From NCBI GenBank assembly GCA_025453495.1, contig JALOQM010000003.1, positions 1-58,164 of the forward strand: DNA of 58,164 bases, given 5' to 3'. A program made the position numbers and the translations under genes. The DNA is from Minisyncoccota bacterium (lineage in GTDB: Bacteria; Patescibacteriota; Minisyncoccia; Phycocordibacterales; UBA9973). The notes under the pieces were generated by a model. It saw only the letters and a list, made by a program, of their open reading frames with translations, was not told the origin of the DNA and ran no database searches. This document shows positions 9,549 to 18,344 of the stretch, in pieces; position 1 is the first letter of the stretch; each line of letters opens with the position of its first letter.

Positions 9549-10436
9549 ATGTCTTTCGATAAAGACGCAATCCAAAAGAAAGTAGATGCACTTGAGAGCG
9601 CGATGCAGTTGCCAGATTTTTGGTCTGACAAAATAAAAGCACAATCATCGATCAAAGAACTTGGTGAACTCAAAGATATGCTTGAAGGTCTTGGTAAATA
9701 CGACAAAGGTGACGCGGTTGTCACTATTTTTTCTGGTGCTGGTGGTGACGATGCAGAAGATTTTTCGCGAATACTCTATGTTATGTATAGTAAATTCATT
9801 TCTCGTAAAGGATGGGGGATGAGAATTATTCATGAACACACAAATGATCACGGCGGCTACCGCAATATTTCATTTGAGGTATCGGGACCACGTGCCTATG
9901 GTATACTTAAAAATGAGTCTGGTGTACACAGGCTCGTGCGTGTGTCACCATTTAATGCAAAAAATCTCCGACACACATCATTCTCTCTTGTCGAGATCAT
10001 TCCTAAATTCAAGAAGGTAGATGCTTCAGATATTGATGTGCCAGAACGCGACTTGAAGATAGAATTTGCTCGCTCAGGCGGTCCTGGGGGGCAAAACGTC
10101 AATAAGCGTGAGACAGCGGTACGCATCGTACATGTACCGACAGGTATGGCGGTGCATGCTGACAATGAGCGTTCGCAGGCGGATAATCGAGAAGTCGCGC
10201 TCTCAATCCTTAAGGCTAAGCTCTATAAACGTGAAGAAGATGAGCGTAAAGCCAAAGAAAAAGGAATGTATATCAGCAAAACAACTGATATTGAGTGGGG
10301 TAATCAGATTCGCTCATATGTACTGCACCCGTATAAGCTCGTCAAAGATCACCGTACCGGTGTCGAAGAGCGCAATGTCGATCGCATACTTGACGGTGAG
10401 CTCGATGCATTTATCGAAGCAGAAAAGAATCTCTAA
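9549..10436 (+). CDS. prfB: Peptide chain release factor 2 (compact form, no frameshift site)
   Basis: SPF motif (RVSPFNA), GGQ motif (SGGPGGQNVNK). 295 aa. Confidence 0.9.
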   Translation: MSFDKDAIQKKVDALESAMQLPDFWSDKIKAQSSIKELGELKDMLEGLGKYDKGDAVVTIFSGAGGDDAEDFSRILYVMYSKFISRKGWGMRIIHEHTNDHGGYRNISFEVSGPRAYGILKNESGVHRLVRVSPFNAKNLRHTSFSLVEIIPKFKKVDASDIDVPERDLKIEFARSGGPGGQNVNKRETAVRIVHVPTGMAVHADNERSQADNREVALSILKAKLYKREEDERKAKEKGMYISKTTDIEWGNQIRSYVLHPYKLVKDHRTGVEERNVDRILDGELDAFIEAEKNL

Positions 10437-10525
10437 GGTATAGCGTTTGAGGGACAGAGTGTAGTAAAATACTGGTGTTGTCTCATAATTACTATTTATA
10501 TAGTATTCACTAAAACTGTATTTAA

Positions 10526-11206
10526 ATGATTTATTTCAATAAAGTTTCAAAATATTACAATGATAGCTATCCGGCACTTGCGGGGGTAGATTTTGTCGTT
10601 TCGCCGGGAGAATTTGTGACTATCGTCGGCCACTCTGGTGCCGGTAAGTCGACACTGATCAAGATGATTCTTGCTGATGAGAAGCCAAGCGAAGGGTCTG
10701 TCTTTTTTGAATCATTGGATATTGGTAGATTGCGTGGTCGTGATCTTATCAATCTGCGTCGTCGCATTGGGACTGTTTTTCAAGATTTTAGATTACTCCC
10801 AAATAAAACAGCATATGAGAATATCGCTTTTGCTATGGAGGCAGCAGGGAAGACTGATGAAGAGATTGAGTCTGATGTCCCACATGTGCTTGATCTTGTC
10901 GATCTTGGACACAAAATATTTAGTTTTCCGCATGAGATGTCTGGTGGTGAGCGTCAACGTCTTGCAATCGCACGCGCAATTATCAATCAACCAGAGATGA
11001 TTATTGCAGATGAGCCGACAGGCAATCTCGATCCGATAAACACCTACGAAGTTGTCCAGATACTCAAGAAAATCAATGACCTTGGTACAACTGTCATACT
11101 CACGACACACAACAAAGGAGTTGTCGACTCTATCGGTAAGCGTGTGATTACTATGGAGAAGGGTAAGATAGTACGTGATGATAAAGCAGGCTCTTATGTG
11201 CTATAA
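10526..11206 (+). CDS. ftsE: Cell-division ABC ATPase FtsE
   Basis: Walker A GHSGAGKST, signature MSGGERQR, Walker B IIADEPTGNLD. Followed by ftsX. Confidence 0.9.
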   Translation: MIYFNKVSKYYNDSYPALAGVDFVVSPGEFVTIVGHSGAGKSTLIKMILADEKPSEGSVFFESLDIGRLRGRDLINLRRRIGTVFQDFRLLPNKTAYENIAFAMEAAGKTDEEIESDVPHVLDLVDLGHKIFSFPHEMSGGERQRLAIARAIINQPEMIIADEPTGNLDPINTYEVVQILKKINDLGTTVILTTHNKGVVDSIGKRVITMEKGKIVRDDKAGSYVL

Positions 11207-11218
11207 TAATAACTAATT

Positions 11219-12142
11219 ATGTTTTGGCTTTCAGTACGCCGCATCATACGATCCGGTTTAAACAATTTCTCTCGCAATACCTTTGTTTCGTTTTCGTCCA
11301 TCATGGTTGTGACGATTACTCTTTCGGTTATTGCTGGACTCATATTCCTACAGGCGATTCTCCAATCATCACTCAATGAGATCAAGAGTAAGGTAGATGT
11401 GTCCATCTATTTCATACCGACTGCACAAGAAGAAAGCATCTTGTCTCTCAAGTCATCGATTGAGCAATTACCTGAAGTTGCTACTGTAGAATACATTGAT
11501 GCCGAAAAGGCCCTGTCTGATTTTAGAGAAAAACACAAAGACGATTATCTCACACTGCAAGCACTTGATGAGCTTGATGAGAATCCACTTGGTGCATATC
11601 TCAATATCAAAGCCAAAGAAGCTTCGCAGTATGAGAGCATTGCTCGGTTCCTTGAGGGTTCTAGTCCTGTTATTCAAGATGCAGCAAGTATCATTGAGAA
11701 GATAAATTATAATCAGAATAAAATCGTCATTGACAAGCTTATTTCTATTATTGATTCAGCAAATACGCTTGGCTTTCTTGTCACACTTATCTTCGTTATC
11801 ATTTCAATTATCATCACATTTAATACTATTCGCCTCAATATCTATATGGCGCGAGAGGAGATAGGTGTCATGCGACTTGTCGGCGCAGGTGCACACATTG
11901 TGCGAGGACCATTTATGGTAGAAGGTGCACTTTATGGATTGATTGCTACTGGTGCAACAACGCTTATCTTCCTGCCAATTACGTACTGGTTGGGTAACAA
12001 AATGACTGCATTTTTTGGCATGAATCTCTTTGACTATTACATTGCTAACTTCTTCCAGATATTCTTGATTGTTCTTGCATCTGGTGTCATTCTCGGCTCA
12101 ATCTCTTCCTTCCTTGCAGTGAGAAAGTACTTGAATAAATAA
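11219..12142 (+). CDS. ftsX: Cell-division permease-like protein FtsX
   Basis: N-terminal TM helix, extracytoplasmic domain, three C-terminal TM helices (FtsX fold). Directly downstream of ftsE. Confidence 0.85.
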   Translation: MFWLSVRRIIRSGLNNFSRNTFVSFSSIMVVTITLSVIAGLIFLQAILQSSLNEIKSKVDVSIYFIPTAQEESILSLKSSIEQLPEVATVEYIDAEKALSDFREKHKDDYLTLQALDELDENPLGAYLNIKAKEASQYESIARFLEGSSPVIQDAASIIEKINYNQNKIVIDKLISIIDSANTLGFLVTLIFVIISIIITFNTIRLNIYMAREEIGVMRLVGAGAHIVRGPFMVEGALYGLIATGATTLIFLPITYWLGNKMTAFFGMNLFDYYIANFFQIFLIVLASGVILGSISSFLAVRKYLNK

Positions 12143-12186
12143 AAAACCCATACAATTTTGTGTGAGTTTTTTGTATGTAGTTTCAA

Positions 12187-13551
12187 CTAGAGCACTGGTA
12201 TATCAAAGATAGACTTTTCCATTTTTTTACCAGACAGAAACTCACTTATTCTTTTGCCTCCGTAGACAGAGGGAAGTATGCCAATTCCATTGCAGCCCAG
12301 ATTGTAGAGTAAAACAGAATTTTTTGGTTCAGGACCTATGAGACGAATCTTGTTTTTGGTATACCCCATGAGTCCATGCCAGGTGAAGATATACTCAATA
12401 TTTTTCTTCGGATCAATGTCATAGATATGACGCACAAATCTATCTATTTCTTTTGTCATCTCGTCAGAATACTCATGTTCATGTGAGTAGCGAGCATGAT
12501 TTTCAAGTGCAGAGTCAGGTCCGCCGACTGAGATGAGGTTGTACTGTACATTGTCTCCGTAGTCATAATGTCGTCGTGTAAGGTAGAAATAGGGATCGGT
12601 TGGCTGCTTGTGTGCATTTAGTAAGTAGCTGATTGCAGTTGGGCTTTTGTTTGCTGCTTCAAGATAGCCTGACATGTAGCCAATAGTCCCGCTTAGCATG
12701 TGATGGAACCGTGTATTTACCTCAAGACCACCATCATTGATGATAGTGAAACCTTCAAAGCCGTTGGTGCACAGTACAATCTTTTCTGCGGCGACGGTGT
12801 GATGCCCAGCATCAAGAAGTACTTCATTTTTTCGAAGGAGTATTTTTGAGATAGGTGTCAATTCATACAAAGAGAACCTATCTGGGTATTTTTTCTCAAG
12901 ATAGAAAAGTATTTCTTGACAAAATAGCGCGCTGTTTATGCAGCCTTTTTGGTAAGAAAGCACAGCGATGAATTCTGTAGTTTTTGCTTCAAGGATTGAT
13001 TGTATCTCCTCTTTGGGAGCCAAAGTATATAACCCATCGTATTCGTTCGGGATAGTGTCTAGAAAATCAGCGGTATCTGAAATAATCATACTTTCAATGT
13101 TGAGTTTTGCTGTGCGTCGCAAGCTGTTATTTTTGAGATGCTGTAATACCTGCTCTTTGTTTGAGAGTCCAGCATGCCCGATAAAACGTGAAAAGGGGAT
13201 ATCTGACTTGATATCAGTATATATTTCATCAAGAAGAAGCCAAGTATCTTCGATAGCTTTTTGTGCTGAGGATGCCAGCGCAAGGCCGAATTCCTCTACA
13301 ATACTTGTAAATCCACGTTCAAAGTAACTAGTAACTTGTCCTGCATTGTGCCCGGTTGCACCATGTGCAAGTTTATACCGTTCAAGAATAACGACTTTTT
13401 TATCAGTATTCTTGAGGGTAAAAAATGCGGTTGCCATACCAGCAATACCTGCACCAATAATTACAACTTCAGTTTGAATATCGCTACGCAGTATTTCAGA
13501 TACACGGTCTTTTTTGAGTTGATGCAACCAAGGGGAATGGTTTGTTTTCAT
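12187..13551 (-). CDS. FAD-dependent oxidoreductase (DAO-like)
   Basis: Rossmann motif VVIIGAGIAGMATA near the N-terminus. 454 aa. Confidence 0.7.
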   Translation of the reverse strand: MKTNHSPWLHQLKKDRVSEILRSDIQTEVVIIGAGIAGMATAFFTLKNTDKKVVILERYKLAHGATGHNAGQVTSYFERGFTSIVEEFGLALASSAQKAIEDTWLLLDEIYTDIKSDIPFSRFIGHAGLSNKEQVLQHLKNNSLRRTAKLNIESMIISDTADFLDTIPNEYDGLYTLAPKEEIQSILEAKTTEFIAVLSYQKGCINSALFCQEILFYLEKKYPDRFSLYELTPISKILLRKNEVLLDAGHHTVAAEKIVLCTNGFEGFTIINDGGLEVNTRFHHMLSGTIGYMSGYLEAANKSPTAISYLLNAHKQPTDPYFYLTRRHYDYGDNVQYNLISVGGPDSALENHARYSHEHEYSDEMTKEIDRFVRHIYDIDPKKNIEYIFTWHGLMGYTKNKIRLIGPEPKNSVLLYNLGCNGIGILPSVYGGKRISEFLSGKKMEKSIFDIPVL

Positions 13552-13559
13552 ACGCCGGT

Positions 13560-13568
13560 ATTATAGCA
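13560..13568 (-). promoter_or_regulatory. Extended -10 (TGcTATAAT on the minus strand), 8 nt upstream of the oxidoreductase ATG
   Basis: Minus strand reads ttgcaatTGcTATAATaccggcgtATG. Confidence 0.45.
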
Positions 13569-13706
13569 ATTGCAGAGAATTAAGAAAATTTTTATTGATT
13601 GAAAAGTACCCCTTTCTTAAGAGAAGGATAATATCTTGAAAAAAGAGAATAATTGGGGTGTTTTAAAAGCAGAATACAATTAAATAACAAGGTTATTAGC
13701 TTAAAC

Positions 13707-15407
13707 TTAGAAAATATTAGGTAAATTTTTAAATGCTTTTACCAGATCTTCAATAGATACTGTGTGATGAGGTATTTTTTCTTTCGTCGCAATATGTTTA
13801 AACATTTCTTGTACTCTCGGTGCTATTGTCGGTGCAGAAAATATTCCATGAGTAGAATATTGAGTACCAATTTTCTTTTGAAGATTCATAATATGATCAT
13901 GAACAGAAGCTCCTTCAGCAGACCATTGCATTGCATTTGCTCTAATTGTTGTTAATTCTAAAACATAAACATTATTCTTAATAAAGAAATACACATCTGG
14001 GTATCCTTCTTTTCCACCCAAAGCTGGGTACATGATCCCAAAATCATCAACCCTACCATTCCATATTACATCATCAATCTGACCAGAATCTTTATATGTT
14101 TTAAGTAACTTATAAAATAAGTATTCTAATCTACCACCCCTCAGTTGAGCGGTATTAAAGTCGTTTTTACCTGTTATAGAACTAACCATACTAACATGAT
14201 GAGTATATAGAGGATCATAATCCTTACTATTTATTAACTCCAGTATTTTTCTTTCTAGAGTTTGCTGATTATCCTCTTCTCTAAGATTTACTTTAGTATT
14301 AGGTAAAATAAAGTCTATCTTATCTGAAACGATTTTTCTTTTCTCAGAGTGAAACAAGGTTGCATCAGAAAAACTAAAGAAGTCGAATTTGTATTCTTCA
14401 TCTTCGAAAAGTGCAACGTTAAATATAGATGAAGCAGAAGCTACACCAGAAGAAGTTTCTTTACCTTCGGTATTGTATACACGGACATAACATTTATCAG
14501 ACATGTTAGTTTTAATTTCAACAAGCAAAGGAGGGTGTGTTCTGTTAAAATCACCAAAATATTCTACCCAAAGTCTTAAGTTATCACCAAAGTCAAAAGG
14601 TTGGACATTTTTATATGTATCAAGCACTGAAATAACTTCATTTTTTGCCTCATCTTTTATATAAAGATCACCTAGTTTTCTTTCACATAAACCAGTTGTA
14701 ACACAAAGACCAATGTAGTACCCAGCAGTAGGGGCTTGTACCAAAGTTAGATTACCAATCTCAGTACTCTTAAAGGCTTCAATTTCTGCTCTTCTTCTTT
14801 CTTCTGGTAGTTGTCTAAAGGTTTTAATTTTCTCAACTATTAAATTAAATTCGTCCTCCTTCTTCATTGAAAAAACAATATAGCCTAATTCTTCTTTTGA
14901 AAGATATTGTAATTCAAGTAATAAACGTAGTGTGACTCTAAACGGAAAAAGTAAGATATTAACACAATCTTCTCTTATTACAGGATTTGAAATCTGCAAC
15001 TTATTCATTTGGTGTTCTACAACTTCAGATTGTAAAATTTCTTTTCCATTATCTGAAACTATTTTTAAATTTTTCCCTAAACCTAAAACTGACCCATGTT
15101 TTTTAAGTAACTCGAAACCAGCATTTGTTACATGTATAGTTGATGGCGTTGTAGAGTTATCAATAACAATAAAACCTAGATATTTTATTAAAGCTTCAAG
15201 TGTTCTTCTTGCAGATGGAGATAATGGTCTTCCTCTCTCAGTAAGACCATGTCTACCGAGTAAAGTATTAAAAGCTTCCTGTTTCATTGAAGTCCAAGAT
15301 TTACCATTAAAATTATCTTGTGACAAAATTTCAACAGAACCAATTATTTGGTGAATGTTTTGTCTTTTTGGTATATGCCAAATTTCTAGACTTCTTGTTC
15401 GTGTCAT
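13707..15407 (-). CDS. Putative restriction endonuclease (last gene of the M-M-R operon)
   Basis: 566 aa. C-terminal PD...E-x-T-like motif (GYPDVYFFIKNNVYVLELTT). 2-nt spacing to the upstream methyltransferase. The call rests mostly on context. Confidence 0.45.
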   Translation of the reverse strand: MTRTRSLEIWHIPKRQNIHQIIGSVEILSQDNFNGKSWTSMKQEAFNTLLGRHGLTERGRPLSPSARRTLEALIKYLGFIVIDNSTTPSTIHVTNAGFELLKKHGSVLGLGKNLKIVSDNGKEILQSEVVEHQMNKLQISNPVIREDCVNILLFPFRVTLRLLLELQYLSKEELGYIVFSMKKEDEFNLIVEKIKTFRQLPEERRRAEIEAFKSTEIGNLTLVQAPTAGYYIGLCVTTGLCERKLGDLYIKDEAKNEVISVLDTYKNVQPFDFGDNLRLWVEYFGDFNRTHPPLLVEIKTNMSDKCYVRVYNTEGKETSSGVASASSIFNVALFEDEEYKFDFFSFSDATLFHSEKRKIVSDKIDFILPNTKVNLREEDNQQTLERKILELINSKDYDPLYTHHVSMVSSITGKNDFNTAQLRGGRLEYLFYKLLKTYKDSGQIDDVIWNGRVDDFGIMYPALGGKEGYPDVYFFIKNNVYVLELTTIRANAMQWSAEGASVHDHIMNLQKKIGTQYSTHGIFSAPTIAPRVQEMFKHIATKEKIPHHTVSIEDLVKAFKNLPNIF

Positions 15408-15409
15408 AA

Positions 15410-16705
15410 TTATTTTTCTAAAACTAATATATAATCTTTTGGTATAAAACCCCCTCGACCAGATCTTGGGATACGGAGATAGCGATTTCTAATAATGTAA
15501 GAAAAATTAAGTCTCTTTTTATATCCTACATCTTTTGCTATTTTCAACAAAATACTTGCTGTATCAACTTCAAACCCTCGAATTCTACTATTGCCCACAA
15601 CAACGCAATAAAACCCTCCCGTCTGTAAACAGTCATAAACTGATTCCAAATTCTCTTTCATTGCCTGAAAATATTTAAACGTTACCCAAGATCTTTTTTT
15701 GTCTAACGAATATATTTTAGACAAAACTTCATCAAGTTCTCCTAATCCATACACAGGAACTTCATTTAATGTTTTAACTTTTTCTGAACCTATTTGGTGA
15801 TCATAAAGTGCATCTAATTTTTTTTTATCAAAACCATCCAGCCAAAAATTCTCTAACTTTAGAGATCTAACATAATCAAAAGCATTTATGTATGGAGGAG
15901 ATGTCATTGCTAGATTAACTTTTCCTGAGACTAGCGATTTACTGTCTATTTTTCTAGCATCAAAACCAATTATTTTAACCTCAGACTTATGATTTTCAGA
16001 AAAATCTTTAACTGCATCTATGTATTTTAATAAATTTTTTAAGAACTCATCAAAAACAACCACATGGTCTTTTTTTATCTTAGTAGAAATATATGGTTTA
16101 GGTGATTGATTATCAGCTTTTGAAACTTTTCGTATTATTGATGATAAAACTATCTCTAAAAAGTTTTTTACCTTTTTATTTTTAAACTTATCAAAATTTT
16201 CATGAATCAAAAAACGAATAAGAGCTAAGTCATTTATGTTTGATTCTGAGAACCAGTAAGTAATCAAATCCTTATCAGGAATATATAAACTACATTTAGA
16301 TTTAAATTTATGTGAGTTTTTTGTTGATATATGATAACTAGATATGAAATCATTGATTATAGAAAATTCTTTAGAAGATAATGGGGTTGTCTTGACGGCA
16401 CTTAGTAATTTACTAAGAGGATCAATATCAACACCATAACTTGGATAGCCTAAAATAGATGCTTCTACTAATGTAGTTCCTGAACCCATGAATGGATCCA
16501 AAACACCATACTTTTTTGTACTTTTTGAAGCATAATTTTTTATAAACCAACGCGGGATATGCGGTATAAACTTACAGGGATATTTGAAAATGCCATGAGT
16601 GGAACTTGAAATACCTGAAGCTTTAATTAAAAAAGTATCCCCGTTTTTAGGCTTAGGTGGAATATCAGATACTTCTATAATTCTTTCTTTCTTATCATTT
16701 TCCAT
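15410..16705 (-). CDS. DNA methyltransferase (N4-C/N6-A class)
   Basis: AdoMet motif DPFMGSGTTLVEA and catalytic TSPPYINAFDY. Confidence 0.8.
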   Translation of the reverse strand: MENDKKERIIEVSDIPPKPKNGDTFLIKASGISSSTHGIFKYPCKFIPHIPRWFIKNYASKSTKKYGVLDPFMGSGTTLVEASILGYPSYGVDIDPLSKLLSAVKTTPLSSKEFSIINDFISSYHISTKNSHKFKSKCSLYIPDKDLITYWFSESNINDLALIRFLIHENFDKFKNKKVKNFLEIVLSSIIRKVSKADNQSPKPYISTKIKKDHVVVFDEFLKNLLKYIDAVKDFSENHKSEVKIIGFDARKIDSKSLVSGKVNLAMTSPPYINAFDYVRSLKLENFWLDGFDKKKLDALYDHQIGSEKVKTLNEVPVYGLGELDEVLSKIYSLDKKRSWVTFKYFQAMKENLESVYDCLQTGGFYCVVVGNSRIRGFEVDTASILLKIAKDVGYKKRLNFSYIIRNRYLRIPRSGRGGFIPKDYILVLEK

Positions 16706-16707
16706 CT

Positions 16708-18015
16708 TTAATTCTTTTCTAAATAAATAATACTTTCTCTAAGATATCCACGATATTTTTCAGTTTCCTTATATTGTTGTGAACTAGTAATAATGTTGCG
16801 AGCAACTTCAATAGAGGAAACATTAAATCCCAAGTGTTTGGCAAACTTTGCTAGAAGTAGATCTGTTGGAACAATAACGCCTCCGTATGCTGAATTACTA
16901 ACAATAATTACACAGAAGCCACCTTTCTTTAATCCATTATAAATCTCTGTCATTGATCTAAACATATCATTAAAGTATGCTTCTACCATTTTAGGAATTC
17001 TTTTATCCCAAAGTTTCTTTGATGAAAGTTTGTTAACTAAAGCCCCTAATTCTGGGACACTTTCCACTGCAAGCTTAGATTCTATTTCATAACCATTTAA
17101 ATGAGATCTTATACCTTTTTTCCTTAGAATTTTTAAATCAGAGTATTCGCTTACAAATGAGCCCATCCAAAGTTCTACTTTGTAAATTTCAGTATAATCA
17201 AAACAATTAGCATAAGGAGGTGAAAAAATAACACCTTTTATTGAGTTCTTTTTTGTGTATTTACTTAAATTAAAACAAGTATCTTCAATGACTGAAGTAT
17301 TTACTTTACCCGAAATCTCAACAGCAAAATTTAAATCACTCTGAATATCGTTAATTGATTTAAAAAATAAATTTTTAACATATTCCTGATCTCTAATAGT
17401 TTTTTTAATTGTCTTACGAAACTTTAATCCGTTACCAGCTTTCCTGTAGTTTGATGATTCTTCTAATATACTCAGCCATGCAAGCATTAATAAGTCTGAT
17501 ACTTTCTTGCTTTTTATTTGATTAATTTTTTCTTTCAAGGTTAATAGATATAGTAGAGCATCATTATCGAACAATTGCTCAATCGTTGAGAGTTTGGGTA
17601 TGTTAACCTTCTGTTTACTTTTAACTTTTTTGAGATTAGCAATCTCTTTTATAAATAAAGCAACATCTTGTTTCTTATAGTCTTGAGTCTTAACTTTTGC
17701 TAAAAATGCAGAAAAGTGATTTATTTCAAAACCAATACTATTGCACTTATTTATCTTTGCTTGAAGAAGAGTGCTTCCACTACCACAAAAAGGGTCAACT
17801 ATTAGGTCGCCTTGTTTTACGTTGTACTTAGTAAGAATTTGATCAACTAATTTAATTGAATATCCTTCCTTATAGCGATACCATCTTTGAATTGGAAGAT
17901 CTAAGTCAGAGGCATAATTAACAAGACTCTTATATGTTACAGAGTTAATTTTCGGATAATTGACATTAAAATCTTTCTCAAAAGAAAGTAAAAATTTATC
18001 GTTAAAGTTCGCCAT
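16708..18015 (-). CDS. DNA methyltransferase (N4-C/N6-A class), same architecture as the neighbouring methyltransferase
   Basis: DPFCGSGSTLLQA and FSPPYANCFDY. Confidence 0.8.
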   Translation of the reverse strand: MANFNDKFLLSFEKDFNVNYPKINSVTYKSLVNYASDLDLPIQRWYRYKEGYSIKLVDQILTKYNVKQGDLIVDPFCGSGSTLLQAKINKCNSIGFEINHFSAFLAKVKTQDYKKQDVALFIKEIANLKKVKSKQKVNIPKLSTIEQLFDNDALLYLLTLKEKINQIKSKKVSDLLMLAWLSILEESSNYRKAGNGLKFRKTIKKTIRDQEYVKNLFFKSINDIQSDLNFAVEISGKVNTSVIEDTCFNLSKYTKKNSIKGVIFSPPYANCFDYTEIYKVELWMGSFVSEYSDLKILRKKGIRSHLNGYEIESKLAVESVPELGALVNKLSSKKLWDKRIPKMVEAYFNDMFRSMTEIYNGLKKGGFCVIIVSNSAYGGVIVPTDLLLAKFAKHLGFNVSSIEVARNIITSSQQYKETEKYRGYLRESIIYLEKN

Positions 18016-18101
18016 AAATGGTTAATTCATTTTAACATTTTTAGATTACTAATAAAAAAACTTTGTATTACAACATTGTTTTTTTAATAAAATCTTTTTC
18101 C

Positions 18102-18143
18102 CAGAACATAAAAGCACCCAATTGTGGGTGCTTTTATGTTCTG
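18102..18143. terminator. Perfect 19-bp palindromic hairpin (bidirectional terminator-like) separating two minus-strand operons
   Basis: cagaacataaaagcaccca-attg-tgggtgcttttatgttctg. The inner stem gcaccca/tgggtgc is followed by TTTTAT on either strand. Confidence 0.6.
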
Positions 18144-18195
18144 AATACTACCCTCAGCAGGTATGCAATGACTGAATAGATTCCTGAGTAAATTC

Positions 18196-18330
18196 GACCC
18201 TCTTCGGAGTCTGAACCTATCTCAAGCTAGCTGGCCTCCTCGGATTCGGAACTTTCTCCACCAAGCCCCATATAGGTTTTTTGGCTAAATAAAGTTTAGC
18301 ATTTTGACCCTCCTCGGAATGGGCCGAAAG
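18196..18330. repeat. Three copies of the 10-mer CCTCYTCGGA in a non-coding spacer
   Basis: Copies at 18199-18208, 18235-18244 and 18309-18318, each with similar flanks (GACC/GGCC ... GAAC/GAAAG). Confidence 0.5.
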
Positions 18331-18344
18331 CGACAAATGCGACA

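Noticed and set aside
9500-9560. Looked for the classical RF2 programmed +1 frameshift (CUU UGA C) and an upstream frame-0 leader ORF.
   Set aside because: Only 41 nt separate a terminator from the ATG. No in-frame upstream ORF or slippery site is present. The sequence ...TATGTCTTTCGATAAAG only superficially resembles the E. coli site.
13552-13706. Searched the left island border and the internal spacers by eye for a direct repeat of the tRNA-Gln 3' end (TGGCTGCGGGTCAGGGACTCGAACC), which would indicate tRNA-targeted integration.
   Set aside because: No copy was seen. Also, the island recombinase is a serine recombinase, which needs only a very short core. The tRNA is 2.3 kb beyond the recombinase, with three ordinary-looking genes in between.
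15828-15836. Homopolymer tracts inside methyltransferase genes (A9 at 15828-15836; A8 at about 19921 and about 20711) as possible phase-variation switches.
   Set aside because: A8-A9 runs encoding Lys-Lys-Lys are common throughout this AT-rich window (for example in ligA at about 4203). They are shorter than typical contingency tracts. There is no evidence of length heterogeneity from a single sequence.
18233-18252. GGATTCGGAAC looked like a tRNA T-arm fragment that could mark an att site.
   Set aside because: No flanking acceptor or T-stem complementarity, and no similarity to the 3' end of the tRNA-Gln at 31491-31564. It is one of three copies of a different short repeat.
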